The translations under genes and the position numbers were made by a program. Shown here one piece after another: positions 10,243-19,874 of a stretch of 32,000 bases of DNA. The notes below the pieces were generated by a model. That model did not search any database and was not told where the DNA came from. It worked only from the letters and a program-made list of their open reading frames with translations. Each line of letters begins with the position of its first letter. The first letter of the stretch is position 1. The stretch comes from Synechococcus elongatus PCC 6301 (GTDB lineage Bacteria > Cyanobacteriota > Cyanobacteriia > Synechococcales > Synechococcaceae), in contig NC_006576.1 of assembly GCF_000010065.1 (NCBI RefSeq), positions 60,001 to 92,000 of the forward strand, in the 5' to 3' direction.

Positions 10243-11595
10243 ATGTTTTTGATTGCTCAAGCGCCTGCACCGCCGGCTGAAATCGTTCGTCTGCAAGAGG
10301 TGCGGCCCCTGCCGGGAGCCTTGGACACCATTCCCGTCTTCAACAGCAACAGCCCAGAACTGGTGCTGCAGGAGGGGATTTTACTCTCCACCTTCCCCGG
10401 CAGCGAGAAGCAGCATCCCGCAGCGCACCTCAACTACAGCTTTCAAGGTCGCTTTGACCTGTTCGCTCACCATATTGCCCGCGCTGATCAAGGGCGATCG
10501 CTGCGGACGCTGCATTTGGGGCTATTGGTCGGCAATCCCAGCGATCAAGCGGTGACGCTGCGCATTTTGGATGGGGCGAGCTACGTCAGCCAGCCCGATG
10601 CCCCCTTTAAGCCATTGCCCAGCCGCAGCGACAACAACGATGGCACCGTCTTTGCTGGGCCTGGCGATCGCGTCATGCTCGACCTGATTCAAGACCGCCG
10701 CTCGATCAACCTCCCGACTCGCATCACGATTCCACCCCGCAGCACGAGACTGCTGGCGGATTGGCCGATTCCCGTGGCCAGTCTGACGCCGCCCCTCAAT
10801 GGCCGGTCGGCTTACCTGCGTCTAGAGAGTACGGGGCCAGTCTACGTTGCCAGTTTGGCTCAATACGCCAAGCTCGATGCCAACAACCAAGAGCGATCGC
10901 CCTCGCTGAGTGAATGGCAACGCCTGTTGCAAACCAGTCCAGTCGCAGGGCCGCGCGATCGCACGCCTTCAGCGCCGGATGCACCGGGGCCCGTAATCTA
11001 CAGCCGGGTCGCAGGGGTCGCCATGGGCAGTCGCTGGCAAGCAACCCTGACCGATCCCAACTGGCGCACCCTGCAAATTCCCCAGCCTGGGCAAGCTTTT
11101 TCCTACGGCATCAGCACCCTACAGGGAGGGCGTCAGGGAACCGACCAGATCCAAACGGCACCGCTGGTGGTCCGCTACCCCGATACGGCCTATTCGGCCC
11201 ACGGTAACTATGGTTTGGAATATGACCTGACGTTGCCGTTGGTCAACCTCGATCGCCAACCCCGCACGATCGATTTGCTGTTGGAAACACCAATCAAAGA
11301 AGACCGGCTAAGCAAAGGGGGGCTGCGCTTCTTTCAAGCGCTGCCCAACGCCACGTTCTTTCGAGGCAGCGTGCGGCTGCGCTACAGCGATGATCAAGGT
11401 CAGATCACAGTTCGTGATGTCCATCTGGTTCAGCGACGCGGCCAGCAAGGTGATTCCCTGTTGAGCTTGACCCTGCAACCGGGGGAACACCGTACCGTGC
11501 GGGTGCAGCTCCGCTATCCGCCCGATGCAACCCCGCCCCAAGTGCTAACGGTGAAAACTCAAGCCCAGGGCACGGCTGGGGTGTCTCAGCCTTAG
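10243..11595 (+). CDS. DUF3370-like protein
   Basis: 450 aa; PLPGALDTIPVFNSNSPELVLQEGILLSTFPGSEKQHPAAHLNYSFQGRFDLFAHH resembles cyanobacterial DUF3370 proteins. Confidence 0.75.
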   Translation: MFLIAQAPAPPAEIVRLQEVRPLPGALDTIPVFNSNSPELVLQEGILLSTFPGSEKQHPAAHLNYSFQGRFDLFAHHIARADQGRSLRTLHLGLLVGNPSDQAVTLRILDGASYVSQPDAPFKPLPSRSDNNDGTVFAGPGDRVMLDLIQDRRSINLPTRITIPPRSTRLLADWPIPVASLTPPLNGRSAYLRLESTGPVYVASLAQYAKLDANNQERSPSLSEWQRLLQTSPVAGPRDRTPSAPDAPGPVIYSRVAGVAMGSRWQATLTDPNWRTLQIPQPGQAFSYGISTLQGGRQGTDQIQTAPLVVRYPDTAYSAHGNYGLEYDLTLPLVNLDRQPRTIDLLLETPIKEDRLSKGGLRFFQALPNATFFRGSVRLRYSDDQGQITVRDVHLVQRRGQQGDSLLSLTLQPGEHRTVRVQLRYPPDATPPQVLTVKTQAQGTAGVSQP

Positions 11596-11599
11596 GTGC

Positions 11600-12178
11600 T
11601 TAGGCATCTGGCGGTAACTCTGCAAAGATAATCGGCGCTTGTTGGAGGCGTTGATAGCTGCGATAGCGGTGGCGCAACTCACGCTTTTTAAAGATGATCA
11701 GCGAGACCGCCTCCCAGAGAAAGACCCAACCACTGACGACTGCGCCTTCGACCAAGGTTGAAATCAGGATGGTTTCACCAAGTCGATCGCGAAAGAGGGT
11801 GGCGCTGCCAATCAGGCTGAAACCAGCTAGGACAAACAATAGAACGCAGCGGTTCAGACGCTGCTGTTCTTGGCTGAGCAGATAGAGGCGAAAGGCCAAG
11901 CAGTTCTGGAAACCATCACAGACTGTCTTTTCTAAGGGGCGATCGCGCGACTTCTGGGGGAGCTGGAAGCAAATTTCCAAGGGATAGCGCAGGGGAATTT
12001 CATCGGAACTTTCTTCTAGATACTGCTGTAAATAGGGATCGAGATCACGACGTTTGAAGGGAGCCGGGTCCCATTCGTTAAAAATGTCACTGTATTGATC
12101 AAGAGCGATTTCAATCACGTAGCGACCATTCGCACGGTTTTGCGAGTAGACCTGCTGAAATCCTGGCTGATTCTGCAT
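11600..12178 (-). CDS. Conserved hypothetical membrane protein
   Basis: 192 aa with two hydrophobic segments (LNRCVLLFVLAGFSLIGSATLF, VVSGWVFLWEAVSLIIF); ATG at 12178. Confidence 0.7.
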   Translation of the reverse strand: MQNQPGFQQVYSQNRANGRYVIEIALDQYSDIFNEWDPAPFKRRDLDPYLQQYLEESSDEIPLRYPLEICFQLPQKSRDRPLEKTVCDGFQNCLAFRLYLLSQEQQRLNRCVLLFVLAGFSLIGSATLFRDRLGETILISTLVEGAVVSGWVFLWEAVSLIIFKKRELRHRYRSYQRLQQAPIIFAELPPDA

Positions 12179-12420
12179 TGCGATCGCCCAATTCCGAAGT
12201 CTGCAGCCAATCTGCTGCTATAGGATTCCCAATGGATGACGCCAATTCTCATCACGGCTTTCTAGCCTAAAGCTGTAAGGAAGTCAGGCATTTGACGATC
12301 GCTAAACTTGTCATGCAAGTCATGTGACAATTCTGAAATTGTCTTCCTGTTTGAGTGATTTGGAACCCATGCAGAGCTTCTACGTCAAGATGAGGGTCTG
12401 TTGAGTTCATATCAACCTCA

Positions 12421-12981
12421 ATGCATTTCTCTTCTCTATTCAAAGGAGCTCTTGTCTCTACGCTCGTCCTGAGCCCAATGCTGGGTTTAATGCCTGCACA
12501 GGCAGAAATGAATAAGCCCAACAAATCATCTACTGAAACCACAAAAATCAAAACCTCTCAGCAAGCTCAGACCTCAATTCTGGATATTGCGAAGAGCAAC
12601 GAAAATTTCAGCACTTTGGTAGCTGCGTTCCAAGCAGCAGGGCTTGAAGAAGTGCTAGCTAGCAACGGTCAATTTACCGTTTTTGCGCCAACTAACGAAG
12701 CATTTGCTAAGCTTCCCCAAGGCCAATTAGAAGAATTGCTCAAGCCAGAAAATAAAGCGCAACTGGTCAGTCTTTTGACCTACCATGCTGTTCCGTCAGC
12801 GATCGCTTCAACTGCAATTCAGCCAGGTACAATCACGACCGTTGAGGGTCGGAGCTTACAACTCTCGATCGCGGATAGCAAACTGAAAGTGAATGATGCA
12901 ACGGTGCTTGCAACTGATATTCAAGCCAGTAATGGGGTGATTCACGTCGTTGATAGCGTAATTATTCCCATGGCTCAGTAG
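12421..12981 (+). CDS. Fasciclin (FAS1/beta-Ig-H3) domain secreted protein
   Basis: Signal peptide; TLVAAFQAAGLEEVLASNGQFTVFAPTNEAFAKLP, ASNGVIHVVDSVIIP. Confidence 0.93.
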   Translation: MHFSSLFKGALVSTLVLSPMLGLMPAQAEMNKPNKSSTETTKIKTSQQAQTSILDIAKSNENFSTLVAAFQAAGLEEVLASNGQFTVFAPTNEAFAKLPQGQLEELLKPENKAQLVSLLTYHAVPSAIASTAIQPGTITTVEGRSLQLSIADSKLKVNDATVLATDIQASNGVIHVVDSVIIPMAQ

Positions 12982-13029
12982 CCTTTCGCTTGCCCCAGAT
13001 TGCGATCGCTCACCTCTTGGATTCTAGAA

Positions 13030-13059
13030 AAAGTCCTGTCAGCTTGCTGACAGGACTTT
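13030..13059. terminator. Bidirectional intrinsic terminator candidate
   Basis: AAAGTCCTGTCAGC (13030-13043) / GCTGACAGGACTTT (13046-13059), 14-bp perfect arms, between convergent fasciclin (+) and porin (-) genes. Confidence 0.85.
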
Positions 13060-13092
13060 CATCATGGTGTGTGGTTTGAGTTGTGCTTGAAA

Positions 13093-14648
13093 TCAGAAGC
13101 GGAAGATGGTTCTCAGATAGGGAACGTAGCTGGTTCCGCCGTTCTCAAGACCGTTCGTATTGTTGAACAGATAAATCCCAGGCCAGTCGAAATATTGTCC
13201 GTCACTTGGAACTTATAGTTCACTTCCAATCCCAACGAGCCGGTGTCTTCAGCCGACTGTTGGCTAGCACTGGTTACGTAGGGCATTTGTCCCACTGTAA
13301 TCACGCCAGAATTACCCTTCGCAAACAGATCAGGGAAGGTCAGACCGACATTCCAGGTCTGAATGGTGGCACTGTCAGAACCGCCAGCGACATTCGCGAA
13401 GCCAATGCCATACGCACCCGAAATCGTGAAGTTATCGCTGACTGCCCAGCCCATCGTCAGAGCAAGGTTGTTGGTGTTGTAGTTGGCTGCACCGAAGGGG
13501 CGCTCAGCGCGGGTTGTGCCTAAATCAGTGACATAGCGATCGTTACGTAGGCTATAGGCTAATGCCGCTCGGAATTTGCGGTTATCCGTTTCAAACCGCA
13601 ACTGGGTTGCCACATCCCAACCCGATTTAGCGGTGCCAACGGTTCCTTGTCCAAAGAAACCGCCCTGATCTACGCCCACTTGGTCAGCACCTCGGTTGAG
13701 GTAGCCCAACTGGAAGCTGAAGTTCGGGTTGATACGCCAGTCGAAACCAACGCCAGCCTTACCGTTACTTTCGTAGATGTTGGCAGGGCCTTTGCGAAAC
13801 GTCTTGCCTTCATTCGCTCCGCTCGAGAAGGTGGCGTCGCGCATACCATACTCCTGTACGCCAACCCCTACCGTTCCAACGGTGAAGCGAACGCTGCCGG
13901 CGGGGAAAGTGTAGTAGAGCTTGTCGATGAAGAAGGTGTTGTTGGAGTTACCGCCGTAGTCAAGCACGGAACCTGGCGCTCTAAAACCTGGGGCCAACCG
14001 GTTGGTAATTGGCTCAATGTTGCGGGCGCGCAGCCTTGTTTTCAGGAGGTCTTTGCCAGTGAAGCTGGTGTCTAAGTCTAGGTCGACTTTGTTGCCGAAG
14101 GAGACAGCGCCATTGCTGTTGACCTCATTACCGTTGCTGTTGGCCAAGGCATCCAGACCAAAGATGACCTCGCCTCGGAGCTTGGTCGTGCTGGAGAATC
14201 GAGTTGCTTCCAGTTCTTTAGTGCGGGCTTCCAAGGCATCGACTCGCCCGCGCAGCGTCGCGAGTTCTGCTTGAAATTCTTCGGTGAGGCGTTTGAGGGT
14301 ATCGAGATCTTCTTTGGAAGCAGCAAACTCAATTACCTTGTCGAGACAAGCGTTGAGACCTGCCGCAAATTCATAGCGACTGAGTGGTCGGGCTCCCCGG
14401 AAGGTGCGGTCGGGATAACCCACAATGCAGCCATACCGCTCGACCAAAGACTGCAGCGCTTGATAGGCCCAGTCGGTTGGTTTGACATCACTCAATTCGT
14501 TAACTGAAGTGATTTGTCCTGAGGTGATGCCATCTGGCGTCACAGCATCAATTTTTTGGAGCTGATCAAGGCTCAGTGCTTGACCAGGCGCGATCGCAAG
14601 CAGGTTGGCACCAGTGACCACTAGGCCTGCTTTGACGAAAAAATTCAT
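13093..14648 (-). CDS. SLH-domain/OprB-type outer membrane porin with apparent frameshift near the 3' end (in-frame stop as sequenced at 13113)
   Basis: ATG at 14648: MNFFVKAGLVVTGANLLAIAPGQA; SLH region LSDVKPTDWAYQALQSLVERYGCIVGYPDRTFRGARPLSRYEFAAGLN; barrel domain. The C-terminal beta-signal is found only after a frame change near 13180-13192. Confidence 0.85.
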
Positions 14649-14903
14649 GATTCCGAACTTGAATGATTGGCAAGCGGCAAAGAGTGAGGTTGGGGCGAAC
14701 CTATCACTGGCGTTTTCGGCGCCGTCGTGTGCCAATTCACGTTTGTGATCTGCTATACCAACCGTGCGCTAGGCGACGACCCCAGCGCTATTCAAGTCCT
14801 AGAAAGAAAGGCTCTGCGGTGACCTGACCTAGAACCCGCACCGAGACCATCGCTGCCTGCGGTATCTTGGGGCAGCCGACGCATTGCTGTGGAAAGTCCT
14901 CTC

Positions 14904-16313
14904 ATGCTGGTTCCGGTCATCCTCTCCGGTGGGAGTGGGAGTCGCCTCTGGCCCCTCTCTCGCGAGAGTTATCCCAAGCAATTTCATGCGCTGCTGTCTG
15001 ACTATTCCTTGCTGCAAGAGACACTGCTGCGCCTAGAGGGATTACCAGGGCTGGCGTCACCGCTCCTGATCTGCAATGAGCAACATCGCTTTCTGGTGGC
15101 CGAGCATCTGCGAGCGATCGGTCAAACTGCAGCGGCGATCGTGCTGGAACCGGAAGGCCGGAATACGGCTCCTGCTGTGGCGATCGCAGCATTGCAAGCC
15201 CAGTCTCAGGGCGAGGATCCACTGCTGCTAGTCCTGCCGTCGGATCATTCGATTGCTGACCCCGCAGCCTTTCGTGCCACCGTTCAAACGGCGATCGCGC
15301 TAGCGACGGCCGGCCATTTAGTTACTTTCGGCATAGTCCCTGAAGCACCGGAAACGGGCTATGGCTACATCAAAGCGGGGTCCGATCTAGACCTAGGGGG
15401 TTTCGCGATCGATCGCTTCATCGAGAAACCGAACCTCGCCACAGCCGAGAACTACGTCGCTTCCGGCTGCTACTACTGGAACAGCGGCATGTTTCTGATT
15501 CGAGCTTCGGTCTATCTCAGTGAGCTGGCTCGCTATGCTCCCGAGATGTTCACAGCTTGCGAAGCCGCTTGGCAGAAGCGCCAGGCTGATCTGGACTTCG
15601 TCCGCCTCGATCCTGCCACCTTTGCCCAATGCCCGAGTGATTCCATTGACTACGCCGTCATGGAACACACCCAGCAGGGGGCTGTCCTGCCGCTGCAAGC
15701 AGGCTGGACGGATGTGGGTTCTTGGAGCAGCCTTTGGCAAGCCCTAGAACAGGATGGGGCGGGCAATGTCACGGTGGGTGATAGCCTGGCCCTCGACTGT
15801 CGCAATGTCTATCTGCGGTCAGAAGGTCGCCTCGTCGTGGGTGTTGGGCTAGAAGACGTAGTCGCAGTCGAAACCGATGATGCCCTGCTGATTGCCCACC
15901 GCGATCGCACCCAAACCGTTAAGCAGGTTGTAGAAGCGCTGCAGCGGGAAGCTCGCCGCGAAAGTCGCGCCCACCGCAAGATTTATCGTCCTTGGGGGCG
16001 CTATGACTCTCTCGATCTGGGCGATCGCTTCCAGGTCAAACGGATCACGGTCAATCCGGGGGCTAGCCTCTCTCTGCAGATGCACCACCATCGTGCAGAG
16101 CACTGGATCGTTGTCAAAGGTACGGCTCTCGTTACTCGCGATAACGAAGAAGTGCTGCTGACGGAAAACCAATCCACTTATATCCCCGTTGGCTGCAAAC
16201 ACCGCCTCAGCAACCCGGGGCGTGTCCCCCTAGAAATGATTGAGGTACAGTCCGGTAGCTACCTCGAAGAAGATGACATTGTCCGCTTTGAAGACCACTA
16301 CGGTCGTAGCTGA
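14904..16313 (+). CDS. Mannose-1-phosphate guanylyltransferase / mannose-6-phosphate isomerase (bifunctional type)
   Basis: MLVPVILSGGSGSRLWPLSRESYPKQFHAL; cupin C-terminus FQVKRITVNPGASLSLQMHHHRAEHWIVVKGTALV. Start at 14904. Confidence 0.93.
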   Translation: MLVPVILSGGSGSRLWPLSRESYPKQFHALLSDYSLLQETLLRLEGLPGLASPLLICNEQHRFLVAEHLRAIGQTAAAIVLEPEGRNTAPAVAIAALQAQSQGEDPLLLVLPSDHSIADPAAFRATVQTAIALATAGHLVTFGIVPEAPETGYGYIKAGSDLDLGGFAIDRFIEKPNLATAENYVASGCYYWNSGMFLIRASVYLSELARYAPEMFTACEAAWQKRQADLDFVRLDPATFAQCPSDSIDYAVMEHTQQGAVLPLQAGWTDVGSWSSLWQALEQDGAGNVTVGDSLALDCRNVYLRSEGRLVVGVGLEDVVAVETDDALLIAHRDRTQTVKQVVEALQREARRESRAHRKIYRPWGRYDSLDLGDRFQVKRITVNPGASLSLQMHHHRAEHWIVVKGTALVTRDNEEVLLTENQSTYIPVGCKHRLSNPGRVPLEMIEVQSGSYLEEDDIVRFEDHYGRS

Positions 16314-16364
16314 AATTCTCCAGCATCAGCTTTACATCACTTCATGATTTAGGGTTCAGTACCC

Positions 16365-16370
16365 TATAAT
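16365..16370 (+). promoter_or_regulatory. Candidate -10 element (TATAAT) for the ribonucleotide reductase gene
   Basis: Exact TATAAT 55 bp upstream of the ATG at 16425; no strong -35. Confidence 0.4.
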
Positions 16371-16424
16371 CTGGCTGGGGACCCCATCCCTAGTGTTTCC
16401 AATAACTAACAGAGACTAAATACA

Positions 16425-19400
16425 ATGGTGCAGGAGCTATCTCGGGTTCTCAAGATTAGTGATTTCCCCGCTACGGCTCCTGCGGCCAACCCTGTTTTTT
16501 ACCGGACTTACAGTCGCAAGACTGCAACGGGTCGTGAGTCTTGGCAGGAAGTCAGCGATCGCACGATTCAAGGGCTAGCGGAACTCGGCAAGCTGACCCA
16601 AGCAGAAGTCGAGCTTCTGCAGCGCTACCAAGAGAAGCAGCAATCCTTGCCCTCTGGGCGCTGGCTCTGGGTGGGGGGCACCGACTGGATTGCCAAGCCG
16701 GAAAACTACAACGGTGGCTACAACTGCACCAGTACTAATGTCATTGACTGGCGCGCCTTCGGTCTGATGATGGATCTGGCAATGATGGGCTGCGGCACCG
16801 GCGCCATCCTTGAGCCGAAATACATCAACCAACTACCCGCGATTCGTAACGAACTGCAAGTTTCTATCGTTGGCGCACTGGGTCAAACACCCGCAGAAGA
16901 GCGACAAGAGCAGACTCGCGTTGCAATCGAGGGTAATAGCGTCACGATTCGCGTTGGCGATAGCCGTGCGGGTTGGGTCAAGTCTTACCAAACGCTGCTA
17001 GAACTGAGCAGCGACGATCGCTTTACCGGCCCTGTACAAGTTGCCATTGATCTGTCAGACGTGCGTCCGGCTGGGGAACGACTGAAAGGCTTTGGCGGTG
17101 TTGCCAATCCGGTCAAACTGCCGGAACTCTACGATCGCGTCGCGCAAATCCTCAATAAAGCAGTTGGTCGTCAACTTGATTCGATCGAGTGTTGCTTGCT
17201 GATTGACCAAGCTGCTGTTGTTGTCGTTGCTGGTAATGTGCGGCGATCGGCGGGGATGCGCCAGTTCGACAGTGGCGATTTGCGCGCTGCTGGTGCAAAA
17301 GAAAATCTTTGGCAGCAGGATGAAGCCGGTAACTGGCGAATTGACCCAGAGCGTGATGCTCTGCGGATGGCAAACCACACGCGGGTTTATCACCATAAGC
17401 CGACTCGCGAAGAAGTTCTAGAGGCTGTCACCAAGCAGTTCTACAGCGGCGAAGGGGCGATTCAGTATGCTCCAGAAGCGATCGCTCGTTCTAATGCTGA
17501 CTTGTTGACCACGCCAGAACTCCGTCAGGAATTCATTCAAATCTACCTAGAACTAGGTGCAGAAGAAGCCAAGAACTGGTTGAAAACCAATTGGCCAAAT
17601 CAAAGCGATCGTGAGTTAAATCACCGCTTGCAACGCTATGGTCTGAACCCCTGCGTGACGGCGGATACGTGGGTACATACCGGCGAAGGTCCGCGTCAAG
17701 TCAAAGATCTGATTGGTCAGCAACACAGCACCTATATCAATGGTGAACTGTTCAGTACCACACCGGATGGTTTCTTCTGCAGCGGCATCAAGCCAGTGCT
17801 GAAAATCCAAACCCAAGAAGGCTACAGCCTGCGACCGACGGCCAATCACCGTGTTCTCAAAGTCACGGCGCAAACCCAGAAGGCGCAGTACAGCGAGTGG
17901 GTTGAAGCTGGTGATCTGCAAGCGGGCGATCGCATATTGTTGCACAACCACCGCGGTCTGCAGGCTTGGGAAGGAGTCGGTACTGAAGCGGAAGGTTGGC
18001 TGCTTGGCAACTTCATCGGTGATGGTTGCTTCAGTGTCAATGAAGCAAATTATCAGCGTCAGGGGCTGTTGCGCTTCTGGGGCGAGACCCAGGCGGAAAT
18101 GGCTGAAAAGGCACTGGCATTGGGAGAAGTCGCCTCAGTAACAACGGCAGCTCATGCAGCAGTCGTTCACCCTCGGAATGGCTACAGCCAAATCAATTCC
18201 GCCAAACTCTATCAATTGGCAACAAGCTTTGGCCTTAAGCAAGGGCTGAAGACGATTACGCCAGCGATCGAGCAGGCGAGTTACGCCTTCTATCAAGGTT
18301 TTCTGCGCGGTCTGTTTGATGCCGATGGCTCTGTCCAAGGCAGTCAGGAAAAAGGCGTGAGCGTGCGCCTTGCCCAAAGTGATTTAGGGCTACTGGAAGC
18401 GGTACAACGAATGCTGCTACGTCTGGGCATTGCGTCAACGATCTATCAAGAGCGACGTCCTGCTGGTGAGCGACTGTTGCCCGATTCACAACGTCAACCG
18501 AAGGCTTATTTCTGCAAAGCTCAGCATGAATTAGCGATCGCTAATGATAACTTGCAGATCTTTGCAGAGTTGATTGGCTTCTTGGATGAGGCAAAGCAAG
18601 AGAAGCTGACTGAGCTTCTGGGCGCTTACAAACGTCAACCCAATCGGGAGCGGTTTACTGCAACGGTTGTTAGCCTCGAAGCAGATGGCGTTGAAACGGT
18701 TTATGACTGCACGGTTCCTGGGCCTGCCCGCTTTGATGCCAATGGGCTCGTTGCTCACAACTGTGGTGAAATTTTGGGTGCAGATTTCCACTGCAATTTG
18801 GCGGAAGTTCACCTCAATCAAATTGATCCACAAGATACGAAAACGCAAGAAGATGCTTTCCGCGCTGGTGCCATTTCAGTGGCAGCCCTGCTAAATCATC
18901 AGTTCTCAGAAGAACGCTATCAATTCAGTCGAGAAGTTGACCCGATTGTTGGCGTTTCCTTTACGGGCCTGTTCGATTTCTTTGTCCATGCCTTTGGTAC
19001 GCCGTGGCTGGAGTGGTGGACGGAAGGTCGTCCAGAAACAGAACAAGGCTTGGAGTTTAAGCGTCAAGAAGCGGCTTATCTCAACCGCTGGCGGGATGTG
19101 GTGCATGCAGCTGTTTGGGACTATTGCGATCGCCATGATCTGCGTCGTCCCAATCGCTGCACTACTGTTCAACCAACTGGCACGAAATCTTTGCTGACAG
19201 GTGCTTCACCCGGTTGGCATCCCCCCAAAGCGCAGCGGTTCCTGCGTCGGATTACCTTCCGTAAAAATGACCCAGTAGCGATGGCCTGCTTGGATTACGG
19301 CTATAGCATTGTGCCGTCCCAGTCCGACAAGGATGAAAATGGCAACTTGCTCAATGATCCCTTTGATCCGCGCTGTGCCGAATGGTTGGTGGAAATTCCA

Positions 19401-19871
19401 ACGGAAGTAAGCTGGGCGAATCTACCCGGTGCTGATCAAGTCGATATCAGTCAGTTCTCGGCACTGGCGCAATTCGATTTCTACATGCAGGTGCAAACGC
19501 ACTACACCACCCACAACACCAGTGCCACGATTGAGTTTCGGGAGCCGGAAATCCAGCCCCTTGCCGATCGCATTTATGAGGCGATCGCGAATAATCAGGG
19601 CTATATGTCGGCGGCACTGTTGGCACGCTTTGATGCCAATGCCACTTTCCCACGCTTGCCCTTTGAACCAATCGATAAAGCTACCTACGAGCGCCTAGAA
19701 GCAGAAGTGGTGCAGCGTCGTCGCACCGATGACTTCTTGGCTGCACTGCGGCTCTACGATTCTGGCTTCCAAGTGGAAGCAGGACCGGCAGGTTGTGACT
19801 CGGATAAGTGCATGATGCCCAGAGCAAAAACCGAATTAGAGAACTCGTGCTCAGGTAAGCATTTCTGCTGA
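16425..19871 (+). CDS. nrdJ: Adenosylcobalamin-dependent ribonucleoside-triphosphate reductase (class II), intein-containing precursor
   Basis: 1148 aa; NYNGGYNCTSTNVIDWRAFGLMMDLAMMGCGTGAILEP, VVVVAGNVRRSAGMRQFDSGD, NPC//CGEILGADFHCNL, CTTVQPTGTKSLLTGASPGWHPPKAQRFLRRITF. The exteins total about 778 aa. Confidence 0.95.
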   Translation: MVQELSRVLKISDFPATAPAANPVFYRTYSRKTATGRESWQEVSDRTIQGLAELGKLTQAEVELLQRYQEKQQSLPSGRWLWVGGTDWIAKPENYNGGYNCTSTNVIDWRAFGLMMDLAMMGCGTGAILEPKYINQLPAIRNELQVSIVGALGQTPAEERQEQTRVAIEGNSVTIRVGDSRAGWVKSYQTLLELSSDDRFTGPVQVAIDLSDVRPAGERLKGFGGVANPVKLPELYDRVAQILNKAVGRQLDSIECCLLIDQAAVVVVAGNVRRSAGMRQFDSGDLRAAGAKENLWQQDEAGNWRIDPERDALRMANHTRVYHHKPTREEVLEAVTKQFYSGEGAIQYAPEAIARSNADLLTTPELRQEFIQIYLELGAEEAKNWLKTNWPNQSDRELNHRLQRYGLNPCVTADTWVHTGEGPRQVKDLIGQQHSTYINGELFSTTPDGFFCSGIKPVLKIQTQEGYSLRPTANHRVLKVTAQTQKAQYSEWVEAGDLQAGDRILLHNHRGLQAWEGVGTEAEGWLLGNFIGDGCFSVNEANYQRQGLLRFWGETQAEMAEKALALGEVASVTTAAHAAVVHPRNGYSQINSAKLYQLATSFGLKQGLKTITPAIEQASYAFYQGFLRGLFDADGSVQGSQEKGVSVRLAQSDLGLLEAVQRMLLRLGIASTIYQERRPAGERLLPDSQRQPKAYFCKAQHELAIANDNLQIFAELIGFLDEAKQEKLTELLGAYKRQPNRERFTATVVSLEADGVETVYDCTVPGPARFDANGLVAHNCGEILGADFHCNLAEVHLNQIDPQDTKTQEDAFRAGAISVAALLNHQFSEERYQFSREVDPIVGVSFTGLFDFFVHAFGTPWLEWWTEGRPETEQGLEFKRQEAAYLNRWRDVVHAAVWDYCDRHDLRRPNRCTTVQPTGTKSLLTGASPGWHPPKAQRFLRRITFRKNDPVAMACLDYGYSIVPSQSDKDENGNLLNDPFDPRCAEWLVEIPTEVSWANLPGADQVDISQFSALAQFDFYMQVQTHYTTHNTSATIEFREPEIQPLADRIYEAIANNQGYMSAALLARFDANATFPRLPFEPIDKATYERLEAEVVQRRRTDDFLAALRLYDSGFQVEAGPAGCDSDKCMMPRAKTELENSCSGKHFC
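17652..18761 (+). mobile_element. Intein with LAGLIDADG homing endonuclease domain, inside nrdJ
   Basis: 370 aa from CVTADTWVHTGEGPRQVKDL to NGLVAHN, followed by Cys+1. Block B LRPTANHRVLKV; LAGLIDADG motifs WLLGNFIGDGCFS and FLRGLFDADGSVQ. Confidence 0.95.
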
Positions 19872-19874
19872 AAA

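Noticed and set aside
16314-16424. Cobalamin riboswitch controlling nrdJ (B12-dependent enzyme)
   Set aside because: The leader after the TATAAT is only about 50 nt, too short for a cobalamin riboswitch, and no B12-box-like motif was seen.
17652-18761. Selfish element as a wholly new type
   Set aside because: Standard intein architecture with LAGLIDADG motifs; RIR1-type inteins are already known. Only the site/regulatory angle is kept as a finding.
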